Below are positions 1 through 8,176 of a DNA stretch of 32,000 bases, one piece after another. The notes below the pieces were generated by a model, which did not search any database, was not told the origin of the DNA, and saw nothing but the letters and a program-made list of their open reading frames with translations. This DNA comes from Crocosphaera subtropica ATCC 51142 (GTDB lineage: Bacteria > Cyanobacteriota > Cyanobacteriia > Cyanobacteriales > Microcystaceae). The DNA lies in NCBI RefSeq assembly GCF_000017845.1, contig NC_010546.1, positions 1,740,001 through 1,772,000 of the forward strand, written 5' to 3'. Both the position numbers and the translations under genes were made by a program. Every line of letters begins with the position of its first letter. The stretch's first letter is position 1.

Positions 1-114
1 TAATAATTGCTCAGCTATGATAGGTATCACATTTAACCAACGATAAAAATCATACTCTGAGGAGCAATTTTTTAGAGAGATTTGGGAATACTCGATAATA
101 AATGCTACTTTACC

Positions 115-723
115 ATGCGTAATTCTATGAAAATCGCCCTTACTCTCTTCACAACCCTTGTTTCTAGTAGTTTAATCATGGCAGGTTCAGTTACTGCTCA
201 AGATTATTCTCGCAGTCGTTCCCGTAACGTTGATAATTGCGATTATGGTAATTATATGGTGACAAATAATGGTCGCTGTGTGGATTTATCTGGAGATGAT
301 TCCAACCGTTATAATTTTTATGAGCAGAAGTTTTTTACAGCTTTGAAAAATGCAGGAATTTCTATTAGTTATGAAACTTGTGAAGCTGGTTTATTAGGGT
401 ATTATCAGCCTGATTATAATCGAATGACCATGTGTCAAAATAATCGACAAGACTTTAATCTTTATATCGAAACCTTAGCCCATGAAAGTTGGCACGTTGT
501 TCAAGATTGTGCTGCCGGGTTAAATAATGGAGAAGTGGTTCCTATTATGAATGCTGATTCTTCTACTTTTCGCTCTATTTTAGCTAGTTTAGGTTCAGCG
601 GATTGGGAAAGTTTAAATCTCTATGACCCCCAAGATTTACCCTACGAAGGGGAAGCCTTTCTCATGGAAAAACATCCCGATAAGGTATTACAAGCCTTAA
701 ATGCTTGTGCTACTGGCCGTTAA
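115..723 (+). CDS. Secreted hypothetical protein with HExxH motif (possible small zinc metallopeptidase)
   Basis: ORF 82..723 starts at TTG. An ATG at 115 (or 127) gives a signal-peptide-like N-terminus, MRNSMKIALTLFTTLVSSSLIMAGSVTAQ. It has an HESWH motif and several Cys. No family recognised. Confidence 0.55.
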   Translation: MRNSMKIALTLFTTLVSSSLIMAGSVTAQDYSRSRSRNVDNCDYGNYMVTNNGRCVDLSGDDSNRYNFYEQKFFTALKNAGISISYETCEAGLLGYYQPDYNRMTMCQNNRQDFNLYIETLAHESWHVVQDCAAGLNNGEVVPIMNADSSTFRSILASLGSADWESLNLYDPQDLPYEGEAFLMEKHPDKVLQALNACATGR

Positions 724-833
724 GGTTATTTTAAATCCATTCTCAAAAGTTACTAGAGACTTAATTAATATTAACTGGTCATTAATCACTCACGCTAACA
801 CTCGATCATCACCTATTTTTCTTAAACTCAGGT

Positions 834-839
834 TATAAT
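834..839 (+). promoter_or_regulatory. Candidate -10 box (TATAAT) upstream of the tRNA gene
   Basis: Exact TATAAT lies 15 nt upstream of tRNA position 1 (854). No convincing -35 was seen. Confidence 0.3.
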
Positions 840-853
840 AGGCAATGGTAAAT

Positions 854-1195
854 GGGGCTGTGGCTCAGTTGGATAGAGCAAGCGCCTCCTGAGCAATCGG
901 GCATCCTGTACGGAAACGTCAGGCATGAATGTGGTCAAATTCAAGGAAGCCTAAGTCTAGACATTAGATAGGGTAATCTTGAGCCAAGCTCTACGTCCCT
1001 GGTAGAGAAGGTGCAGAGACTGGTTATCAGTGACCTAGGGGAAATTTGAATTAAGGGTATAACAACAACGCTGATAACGTAACGGCCACCACCTACGGAT
1101 AAAAAATTATCTAGGGTGAAGGAATAGTCCAGAGAGTAGGGAAACCTACACCAATCTGAAGCGCTAGGTCGCCGGTTCAAATCCGGCCAGTCCCG
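854..1195 (+). tRNA. tRNA-Arg(CCU) interrupted by a group I intron (exons 854..890 and 1159..1195)
   Basis: Acceptor stem GGGGCTG/CAGTCCC (one G-U pair). D arm GCTC-AGTTGGATA-GAGC. Anticodon stem AGCGC/GCGCT with spliced loop CT-CCT-AA. T arm GCCGG-TTCAAAT-CCGGC. Discriminator G. No encoded CCA. Confidence 0.85.
891..1158 (+). ncRNA. Group I (IC3-like) intron inserted after anticodon nucleotide 36
   Basis: The 5' exon ends in U and the intron ends in G (1158). P2 is CCTG-T-ACG GAAA CGT CAGG (905..923). P3 is GTGGTC (931..936)/GGCCAC (1084..1089). P4 is TTCAAG (940..945)/CTTGAG (978..983). P6 is CTCTAC (989..994)/GTAGAG (1002..1007). An extra helix is GTTATCAG (1023..1030)/CTGATAAC (1071..1078). 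P9 is GTAGG-GAAA-CCTAC (1136..1149). Core strings GTCAAATTC, CCTAAG, GAGCCAAGC and AAGGTGCAGAGACT resemble bacterial tRNA introns, from memory. Confidence 0.85.
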
Positions 1196-1236
1196 TTTAA
1201 TACTAAATCCGATTGCCATAACCCTCTTTTGTAAAA

Positions 1237-1363
1237 GCAGGGGAGCAGGGAGAGAGAAATCTATAAGTAGGTTTTTGTTTGCGGATTTGGTCTAATATTT
1301 ACACTCAGTTCGCAAAAATTGCTTATTGAGCCAAGTAGGGGGAGCAGAGGGAGTAGAGAAGAA
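1237..1363. repeat. Two purine-rich GGAGCAG(A)GGGAG-type motifs (1237..1258 and 1335..1363) in the tRNA/alaS spacer
   Basis: GCAGGGGAGCAGGGAGAGAGAA and GTAGGGGGAGCAGAGGGAGTAGAGAAGAA. Related copies occur at 12299..12320 and 20542..20575. Confidence 0.5.
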
Positions 1364-1386
1364 CTTTTGTGTTACACCAAATTCAA

Positions 1387-1421
1387 TCTCAACTCCGAAC
1401 TCCTCATATAACCCCGAACTC
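1387..1421 (-). repeat. Degenerate heptamer tandem repeat (GTTCGGA type) directly downstream of the alaS stop
   Basis: The minus strand reads TAA-CCTGAGTTCGGGGTTATATGAGGAGTTCGGAGTTGAGA. It shares the 12-mer GAGTTCGGAGTT with the repeat after the histidine kinase stop at 17161. Confidence 0.6.
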
Positions 1422-1424
1422 AGG

Positions 1425-4064
1425 TTACTTTAAGCTTTCTGTTAGCTGCTCTTTAGCAGTTAATAAGGCTTCAGATAGTTTACTGGGTTCTCGCCCTCCA
1501 GCTTGGGCTAAGTTAGGACGACCGCCACCGCCACCCCCGCATATTTTAGCAATTTGTCCGATGAATTTTCCAGCTTGAAGTTGCTTTTCTTGATTGACTT
1601 TTTTACTAAAAGCTGCTACTAAACTCACTTTTCCTTCTGAGGGAATTGACCCTAAAATAACCGCTCCTTCTCCTAGTTTTTGCTGTAATCTTTCCGCTGC
1701 GGTTTGCAAAGCTTTTGCGTCCATTTCTCCCATGTCTGAAACCAAAAGTTTAAACTCACCAATGGACTCAGCTTCGGTTAATAATTGGTCAGATTTGGCT
1801 ACAGCCAGGTCTTGTTTAACCGCTTCTAATTCCTTTTGAGTGGTTTTGAGTTCAGACTGTAAAGTAGTAATACGATCGCTAATTTCTTCGGGTTTAATTT
1901 TAAAGCGATCGCAGAGATCCTTAACCACCGTTTCCCGTACTTTTAAATACTCTAAAACCGCTGGTCCGGCCACCGCTTCAATACGTCTTACCCCTGAAGA
2001 AATACCGCTTTCTGACATAATTTTAAACAAGCCAATTTCTGCGGTATTTTTAACATGAGTTCCCCCACACAATTCCATAGAAACTCCAGGCACATCGATC
2101 ACTCGAACTTCTGATCCGTATTTTTCACCAAACATAGCGATCGCCCCTTTTTCTTTAGCAGTTTCAATGGGCATCACTGCGATTTCTGTCTCGTGTGCCT
2201 CAGCGATCCAAGTATTAATTAAATCCTCAATTTCTTGTAATTCTTCTGAGGTTACCGCACGGGGACAATTAAAGTCAAATCTCAATCGATCAAAAGCCAC
2301 TAAGGAACCCGCTTGAGAGATAGACTTATCGACAACTTTCTTCAAAGCTGCCTGTAATAAATGGGTTGCGGTATGATTCGCTTGTACCTGACGACGACAA
2401 GCCCGATCAATGGTAGCTGTGACCTGATCATTAACGGAAACACTGCCCCTTTCTACCCGACCAAAATGAACAAAAATACCTGATTCTTTTTGAACATCCT
2501 CGACACGAATCACTAAATTTTCTCCTGTCAGAAATCCCCGATCACCTATCTGTCCCCCTGATTCTCCGTAAAATGGAGTCTGATCTAATACGATTTGAAC
2601 CTCTGATCCGGCTTCGGCTGTGTCAACGGTTTTTCCTTGAATTAAAACCGCTTCAACTTTAGCAGTTAATTGTAAGTCAGTATAGCCTAAAAATGCCGTC
2701 GGATGGATATGTTCAGCTAATTTATCTAAGCTACCTTGTACCGTTAAATCAATGGTTTCATGGGCAGCTTTTGATCGTTCTTGTTGCTGCCTCATTTCTG
2801 CTTCAAATTCTTCTATATTCACGGTTAAATTGCTTTCTTCTGCAATTTCTTGGGTGAGTTCTAAAGGAAAGCCATAGGTATCATATAAGGTAAAGGCATC
2901 TACCCCTGAAATTTGCCCTTGTGTCTCGGTTTTTTCAATGATTTCAGCGAGTAATTTTTCTCCTCGTTCTAAGGTTTTTAAGAAAGCGGTTTCTTCCCGT
3001 TCTAATTCTCCTTTAATAAAGCTTTCCCTTTCCCTAACTTGGGGGTAAGCGTTTTCAGAAAGTTCGATAGCCGTTTCTGCCACTTGCTTGATAAATTGCC
3101 CTTCAATTCCAATTAAGCGGCCATGACGCACTACCCGTCGAATTAAACGACGTAAAACATAACCTCTATCAGTGTTCGATGCAGTAATTCCATCAGCAAT
3201 CATGTGAACCACTGACCGCACATGATCCCCAATTACTTTTAAAGAAACTTTTGTTTTTTCTGTCGCTTTTTGGTAGTCAATGTTAGCAATGTTAGCAGCC
3301 GTTTCAATAATGGGAAAAATGAGATCCGTCTCATAATTATTGGGAACTTTTTGTAAGATTTGGGCCATCCGTTCTAACCCCATTCCCGTATCAATATTTT
3401 TGTTTTGTAATGGGGCTAAATTTCCCTCAGCATCTCGGTTATATTCCATAAATACCAAGTTATAAAACTCGATAAACCGAGAATCATCTTCTAGATCAAT
3501 ATTATCCTCTCCTAATTCGGGATGAAAGTCATAATATAGTTCTGAACAAGGACCACAAGGACCAGTGGGGCCAGCTTTCCAAAAGTTATCTTTTTCTCCC
3601 ATGCGTTTAATGCGTTGGGGAGGAATACCGATCATTTCTTCCCACAATTTAAAGGCTTCATCGTCCTTTTCAAACACACTCACCACAATATTTTCTGGGG
3701 GTAACCGATACACTTTCGTAGACAGTTCCCAGGCCCATTTAATCGCTTGTTCTTTGAAATAGTCCCCAAAACTAAAATTACCCAACATTTCAAAGAAGGT
3801 ATGATGTCTAGCGGTGCGTCCCACATTTTCAATATCATTGGTTCTAATACACTTTTGAGACGTGGTAGCACGAGGAAAGTCTGGCTGTTTTTGGCCGAGA
3901 AAAATGGGTTTAAACGGAAGCATCCCGGCGATGGTGAGGAGGACAGTGGGATCTTCAGGAACTAGAGAAGCACTGGGCAAAATTTGGTGATTGTGTTGAG
4001 CGTAAAATTGTAAAAAGCGATCGCGTATTTGATTTCCAGTCAGAAAGGGTGCAGTTGTGGTCAT
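1425..4064 (-). CDS. alaS: Alanine--tRNA ligase
   Basis: 879 aa. Class II AlaRS motifs are present ([15 protein letters not shown], editing-domain HTATHLL and CGGTH, C-terminal [15 protein letters not shown]). Confidence 0.97.
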   Translation of the reverse strand: MTTTAPFLTGNQIRDRFLQFYAQHNHQILPSASLVPEDPTVLLTIAGMLPFKPIFLGQKQPDFPRATTSQKCIRTNDIENVGRTARHHTFFEMLGNFSFGDYFKEQAIKWAWELSTKVYRLPPENIVVSVFEKDDEAFKLWEEMIGIPPQRIKRMGEKDNFWKAGPTGPCGPCSELYYDFHPELGEDNIDLEDDSRFIEFYNLVFMEYNRDAEGNLAPLQNKNIDTGMGLERMAQILQKVPNNYETDLIFPIIETAANIANIDYQKATEKTKVSLKVIGDHVRSVVHMIADGITASNTDRGYVLRRLIRRVVRHGRLIGIEGQFIKQVAETAIELSENAYPQVRERESFIKGELEREETAFLKTLERGEKLLAEIIEKTETQGQISGVDAFTLYDTYGFPLELTQEIAEESNLTVNIEEFEAEMRQQQERSKAAHETIDLTVQGSLDKLAEHIHPTAFLGYTDLQLTAKVEAVLIQGKTVDTAEAGSEVQIVLDQTPFYGESGGQIGDRGFLTGENLVIRVEDVQKESGIFVHFGRVERGSVSVNDQVTATIDRACRRQVQANHTATHLLQAALKKVVDKSISQAGSLVAFDRLRFDFNCPRAVTSEELQEIEDLINTWIAEAHETEIAVMPIETAKEKGAIAMFGEKYGSEVRVIDVPGVSMELCGGTHVKNTAEIGLFKIMSESGISSGVRRIEAVAGPAVLEYLKVRETVVKDLCDRFKIKPEEISDRITTLQSELKTTQKELEAVKQDLAVAKSDQLLTEAESIGEFKLLVSDMGEMDAKALQTAAERLQQKLGEGAVILGSIPSEGKVSLVAAFSKKVNQEKQLQAGKFIGQIAKICGGGGGGRPNLAQAGGREPSKLSEALLTAKEQLTESLK

Positions 4065-4433
4065 TATCCTTTGTCTCGTTTCAGTCCATCTTTTAGTGTT
4101 ACATTTTCACCCCCCTTTGACCACTAATATGAGGCCAGTGGGAAAGATAGTTTTATAAAAAGGATAAAGTGAAATCAGAAAAATTATGGATCTGTTTTGT
4201 TCTGAAGCTATGAACAATTATAAATAATTATCAATAATTGTCACGACTCACTCATTTGGGGACACAAGAGAGAATTCGGTAGGTTATGGTAAATGCAATT
4301 ACTGATAAGCTTTATCTAGAGTTAACGTTAAGTTCTAGAACAAAACAGTCTCCCTTCTCTGTCCGTAGTTTGTTGTTCCCTTGTAACCAAAGTCAATTAC
4401 TTTACCGAATTAGATTATTCTAAGGAGTTGATT

Positions 4434-6461
4434 ATGGATTCAACAATAAGTGGACTGTACCAAGATACAGATAATAATAGCGAATTGAGATTAGATGTGG
4501 ATGGGTATTACCCCCTGATGGTTGCAAGTGGAAAGTTTAATGTTAACATGGCAACCTCTATTCATTGGATAGCAGATTTAACGAAAACTGGATCATTGAG
4601 TTGGGAAGGAGGAATTAACTATCAAAACCCTGTTACTGTTAACTTTCCTTTTACAAGGGTAAACATAACAGTTGATTCTTGTAAAAGTATAAGCAATCCA
4701 AGGGTTGTTGTGGTATTTTCAGGTCTAGAACAATCGGATATAACCCATGTTTATCACTTCACATCCCCTCATTTCCACACCGTGGAATTTGAATACGATA
4801 TAGCTGAAGGAACAGAAGCGGTAACATCCATTGAAACCCATGCTCATCCAGACCGTCCTGCCACCCTGGCTAACGAAACCCTGACCATTGAAAAAGTTTA
4901 CGAACGAGCAGGGTTTGAGGTCAAGGTTTCCCCTGGTACTGGATCAGTCATTTCTATTACTGGAGCAGCCAGTCCAGGAGAGAGATTTCGCGATCGTAGT
5001 TTATGGGATGATGCAGAAATGCACGATGCGATGCAAACTTTTTGGTCACGGTTTGAGAACCAAGCTCAATGGTCAATGTGGGTCTTCTTTGCTAAACTCC
5101 ATGAGGAAGGGGAATCCCTTGGTGGAATCATGTTTGATGACATTGGACCCAATCATCGCCAAGGGACGGCAATGTTTAATGATTCTTTTATTGCTCAAGC
5201 TCCAATCGGTGATGGCAATGCTGAAGCGTGGGTGCGTCGTATGCGGTTCTGGACAGCCGTGCATGAAATGGGACACGCTTTTAATTTAGCTCATGCTTGG
5301 CAAAAAAATATTCCCAACTTTGGCTCTAGTTGGGTACCTTTAGAAAATAGTTACGACTATCTCAGTTTCATGAATTATCCTTTCTTATATGAAACTGGTA
5401 ACTTTTCTGATGGGAATACAGTTAATTTCTTCCGACGTTTTGAATATCGTTTTAGCGATGATGAACTGAGGTTTATGCGTCACGCTCCCGAATCCTTTGT
5501 ACAGATGGGTAATGCCAATTGGTTTGATAATCATGGTTTTGAAAATGCCAATGTCTCTCCTATTCCGTCTCTACAATTAGAAATTCGGGTGAATCGGCCT
5601 CAAGCCATTTTTGAGTTTTTAGAACCAGTTTCTCTAGAACTCAAATTAAAAAATGTTTCTTCTCAGCCGCAAATCGTAGACTCCCATATTTTAGACGATT
5701 TGGATGAAATGATCATCATTATCAAAAAAGATAAGCAATCAGCCCGACAATTTATCCCTTATGCACGACATTGTTGGCGATCGCACAATCAAGTGTTAAG
5801 GCCAGGGGAATCTATCTACAAGTCTTTGTTTATTTCTGCGGGAAATAATGGCTGGGACCTGGCTGAACCTGGTTATTACACCCTGCAAATGGCCTTAGAA
5901 AAGGGAGAAGAATATATCCTTTCTAATGCCCTGAGAATTCGCATTACCCCACCCAAAAACTATGATGAAGAATTTTTAGCCCAAGACTATTTTTGTGAGG
6001 ATGTAGCCCGCATTTTAAACTTTAAGGGGAGTCTTTTCTTATCGAAAGGGAATGATATTCTGCGAGAAATTTCTGCCCAATTAAGCGATCGCCGAGTTGC
6101 CATTCATGCAGAAGTTGCCCTAGAAACGCCGATGATGCGTCATTTTAAACAGTTAGTTGTGCCGGAGGGTGCATCGAATCTTCAACAGGCAAAAATTAGC
6201 ACCCATGATCCCGATGTTAAACAAGTTAAAGAAAAGCTCTCAAAAGCTCTTCTTGACAACAAAACAACCGCAGCCGAAACCCTAGGCAATATTAACTTTA
6301 AAGCCTCCCTTGATCGCTTAAGTGACTTTTTAGCCGATATGGGGGAAAAACACGAAGCCGTCAAAGTACAAGAGGATCTCCTAAAAACCCTATCAGAAAG
6401 AGGGGTGAAAAAAAGAGTGCTAGAAGCCTGTCAGGCGAAAAAAGAGAAGTATCAGCAATGA
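4434..6461 (+). CDS. Large cytoplasmic protein with metzincin-like HExxHxxxxxH motif (putative zinc metalloprotease, family unknown)
   Basis: SD AAGGAG (4422..4427) lies 6 nt before the ATG at 4434. HEMGHAFNLAH is encoded at 5262..5294. No signal peptide or TM segment is visible. The C-terminal ~150 aa is K/E-rich and helical-looking. Confidence 0.75.
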   Translation: MDSTISGLYQDTDNNSELRLDVDGYYPLMVASGKFNVNMATSIHWIADLTKTGSLSWEGGINYQNPVTVNFPFTRVNITVDSCKSISNPRVVVVFSGLEQSDITHVYHFTSPHFHTVEFEYDIAEGTEAVTSIETHAHPDRPATLANETLTIEKVYERAGFEVKVSPGTGSVISITGAASPGERFRDRSLWDDAEMHDAMQTFWSRFENQAQWSMWVFFAKLHEEGESLGGIMFDDIGPNHRQGTAMFNDSFIAQAPIGDGNAEAWVRRMRFWTAVHEMGHAFNLAHAWQKNIPNFGSSWVPLENSYDYLSFMNYPFLYETGNFSDGNTVNFFRRFEYRFSDDELRFMRHAPESFVQMGNANWFDNHGFENANVSPIPSLQLEIRVNRPQAIFEFLEPVSLELKLKNVSSQPQIVDSHILDDLDEMIIIIKKDKQSARQFIPYARHCWRSHNQVLRPGESIYKSLFISAGNNGWDLAEPGYYTLQMALEKGEEYILSNALRIRITPPKNYDEEFLAQDYFCEDVARILNFKGSLFLSKGNDILREISAQLSDRRVAIHAEVALETPMMRHFKQLVVPEGASNLQQAKISTHDPDVKQVKEKLSKALLDNKTTAAETLGNINFKASLDRLSDFLADMGEKHEAVKVQEDLLKTLSERGVKKRVLEACQAKKEKYQQ

Positions 6462-6478
6462 TTAGAGTTAAATCAGTA

Positions 6479-6500
6479 GGGGTCAACGGCCGTTGACCCC
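6479..6500. terminator. Perfect 22-nt palindrome GGGGTCAACGGCCGTTGACCCC between convergent genes (candidate bidirectional terminator or REP-like element)
   Basis: It lies 18 nt after the stop of the 4434..6461 gene and 100 nt beyond the stop of the minus-strand gene at 6601. A near-identical copy is at 24424..24445. Confidence 0.5.
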
Positions 6501-6580
6501 TTCGAGTCTAGTTTGTCAATCAATTATAGACTTCAAGATGATCGCTTTTGGGATGACGGGGAGAGAATACATAAATCATT

Positions 6581-6601
6581 TCTCCCAGTCTCCCAGTCTC
6601 C
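6581..6601. repeat. Octamer tandem repeat (TCTCCCAG) x2.6 abutting the stop codon of the minus-strand gene
   Basis: TCTCCCAGTCTCCCAGTCTCC. The minus-strand stop codon (CTA on plus) is at 6601..6603. Confidence 0.7.
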
Positions 6602-7209
6602 TAATTAGAAGTGGCTGCTTGGGCTTCGTCAGCAAAAGGAACATCCACAAAGCCCAATTCATACAATTGTTGATAAGATTTTTTACCTAAATCTGTAGTA
6701 GGGTTTTGCGATCGAATGATTTGAACCAACAGAGGAACCGCTAATTCAGGTTGATCTTGGGCCCGATGAACTAAGGCTAACTGATAAGTGGCAGAGTCTC
6801 TCATTTGCCCTGTTTCTAGCGCGCTTGCCCTTTGAGCATCATATACGTTGGTATCAATACCAGAAAAGCTATTCGCGAGTTGTAAATGAAAGTTAGATAA
6901 CTGGTTAAAGACTTTACGGGCCTGTTGTAACTTACTAACCGCTAAGTCATAATTTTCTTGGTTAATGGCTTCGGTAGCTTCGTTCATTAATTTTTCTCCC
7001 CCTTGCAAACTCAAAAGACTATCTGCTTGAGTCAGAGGACGGAGATTATTCGGATCGGACGGATCATCGCTAGGAACTTCTGTTGCGTCTGAAGGAGTCT
7101 CCTGGGCTACAATCTGAGCGGATACAGAGCCAGAGATACCTATTCCTAGAATGGAAGAGACAGCAACTATACTAGGTAAACTAAGGCTAAAAAGGCAAGA
7201 TTTTAACAT
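6601..7209 (-). CDS. Secreted hypothetical protein (helical, function unknown)
   Basis: ORF 6601..7287. An internal ATG at 7209 gives the signal peptide MLKSCLFSLSLPSIVAVSSILGIGISGSVSAQ. It lies downstream of, and in the same orientation as, the response regulator. Confidence 0.6.
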   Translation of the reverse strand: MLKSCLFSLSLPSIVAVSSILGIGISGSVSAQIVAQETPSDATEVPSDDPSDPNNLRPLTQADSLLSLQGGEKLMNEATEAINQENYDLAVSKLQQARKVFNQLSNFHLQLANSFSGIDTNVYDAQRASALETGQMRDSATYQLALVHRAQDQPELAVPLLVQIIRSQNPTTDLGKKSYQQLYELGFVDVPFADEAQAATSN

Positions 7210-7380
7210 GGTATGACTAAATAAAACAAAAAGATAAAAGGATACTTTGAGGAATCTGTGAGATATCTTAACATTTGTGGGAAACATCGGTGCTTTTGGA
7301 AGAGGCAGAAGATAACAAGAAAATTCTCGTTAATCGTTTGTTCTGTGGTTCTCGATGTTTCTTTCTCTGTGTCTCTTGTG

Positions 7381-8094
7381 TTAACTTGACGTTTCATCTT
7401 CAAATTTATATCCCACTCCGACAACGGTTTTGATAAAAGTCGGGTTGGCGGTGTCAGGTTCAATTTTTTTGCGGAGTCTTCTGACATGAGTATCCACCAC
7501 TCTTTCATCCCCAAAAAAGTCATTTCCCCATAATTTGTCGATGAGTTGCGTTCGACTCCAGACTCTTCCTGGATAACTCATAAATGTGGATAATAAGTTA
7601 AATTCTAAGGTGGTTAATTCTAGTGTATCTTCGGTGTTATCCTCTAATTTTTTGACAGCTGAATGTTTGTCCAAATCAACCATAAAATGAGGAGTTTCAT
7701 AAACATTATTTTGGCTTCCACCGTGTCTTAAACTTCGTCTCAATAAGGCACGAACTCTAGCAACTAATTCAATGGGACTAAAGGGTTTCACTAAATAATC
7801 ATCGGCCCCGGTTGATAGGCCAATGACTCGGTCTATTTCTTCTCCTTTTGCGGTTAACATCAAAATATAAGGGTCTTTCGTGTTAACTTTTTGACGAATA
7901 CGGGTACAAACTTCTAACCCATCTAATTTAGGTAACATTAAATCTAAAATAATCAGATCCGGTGCTTGTTGTTGGAATAAATCTAAAGCCGTTAACCCGT
8001 CATAAGCAACCATACAATCAAAAGATTCTCTTTCTAATGTGGTTTGGATGATTTTAGCGATTTCCATTTCGTCTTCAACAATTAATATTTTCAT
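7381..8094 (-). CDS. OmpR-family two-component response regulator (receiver + winged-helix)
   Basis: MKILIVEDE...DLIILDLMLPKLDG...TAKG...ADDYLVKPF receiver motifs, and C-terminal LT..EF.LL....G.V.SR..L....WG trans_reg_C motifs. Confidence 0.93.
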   Translation of the reverse strand: MKILIVEDEMEIAKIIQTTLERESFDCMVAYDGLTALDLFQQQAPDLIILDLMLPKLDGLEVCTRIRQKVNTKDPYILMLTAKGEEIDRVIGLSTGADDYLVKPFSPIELVARVRALLRRSLRHGGSQNNVYETPHFMVDLDKHSAVKKLEDNTEDTLELTTLEFNLLSTFMSYPGRVWSRTQLIDKLWGNDFFGDERVVDTHVRRLRKKIEPDTANPTFIKTVVGVGYKFEDETSS

Positions 8095-8176
8095 CTATAT
8101 TTTTACTTTCAATTATCAATAATCAAAAAAAACTTATTTTGCTACAATAATTATACGATGCAATGATAATATTTTT

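Noticed and set aside
941-1219. 92-aa minus-strand ORF overlapping the group I intron and the 3' tRNA exon. I considered it as a possible intron-encoded homing endonuclease.
   Set aside because: It is antisense to the intron and runs through the tRNA exon. It has no LAGLIDADG, GIY-YIG or HNH-like motif, and its sequence is explained by the structured RNA on the other strand.
1905-1912. HIP1 octamers (GCGATCGC; examples at 1905, 4017, 10355-region, 16957-region, 21690-region, 24540-region, 31424-region) considered as a special local feature.
   Set aside because: High HIP1 density is a genome-wide hallmark of many cyanobacteria. It helps with taxonomic placement but is not a local anomaly.
1369-3965. 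Several 60-80-aa plus-strand ORFs (1369..1578, 1594..1839, 1840..2058, 3565..3762, 3747..3965) and the minus-strand ORF 3680..3871.
   Set aside because: All lie inside or antisense to the unambiguous alaS CDS. They have no motifs or RBS and are typical shadow ORFs.
4888-6364. Overlapping ORFs 4888..5289 (+), 5073..5276 (-) and 6182..6364 (-) within the metalloprotease-like gene.
   Set aside because: They are alternative-frame or antisense shadows of a long, well-supported ORF, and their sequences are low-complexity.
7203-7523. 106-aa minus-strand ORF bridging the response-regulator 3' end and the secreted-protein 5' end.
   Set aside because: It overlaps two better-supported genes in other frames. 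Its product has no recognisable features.
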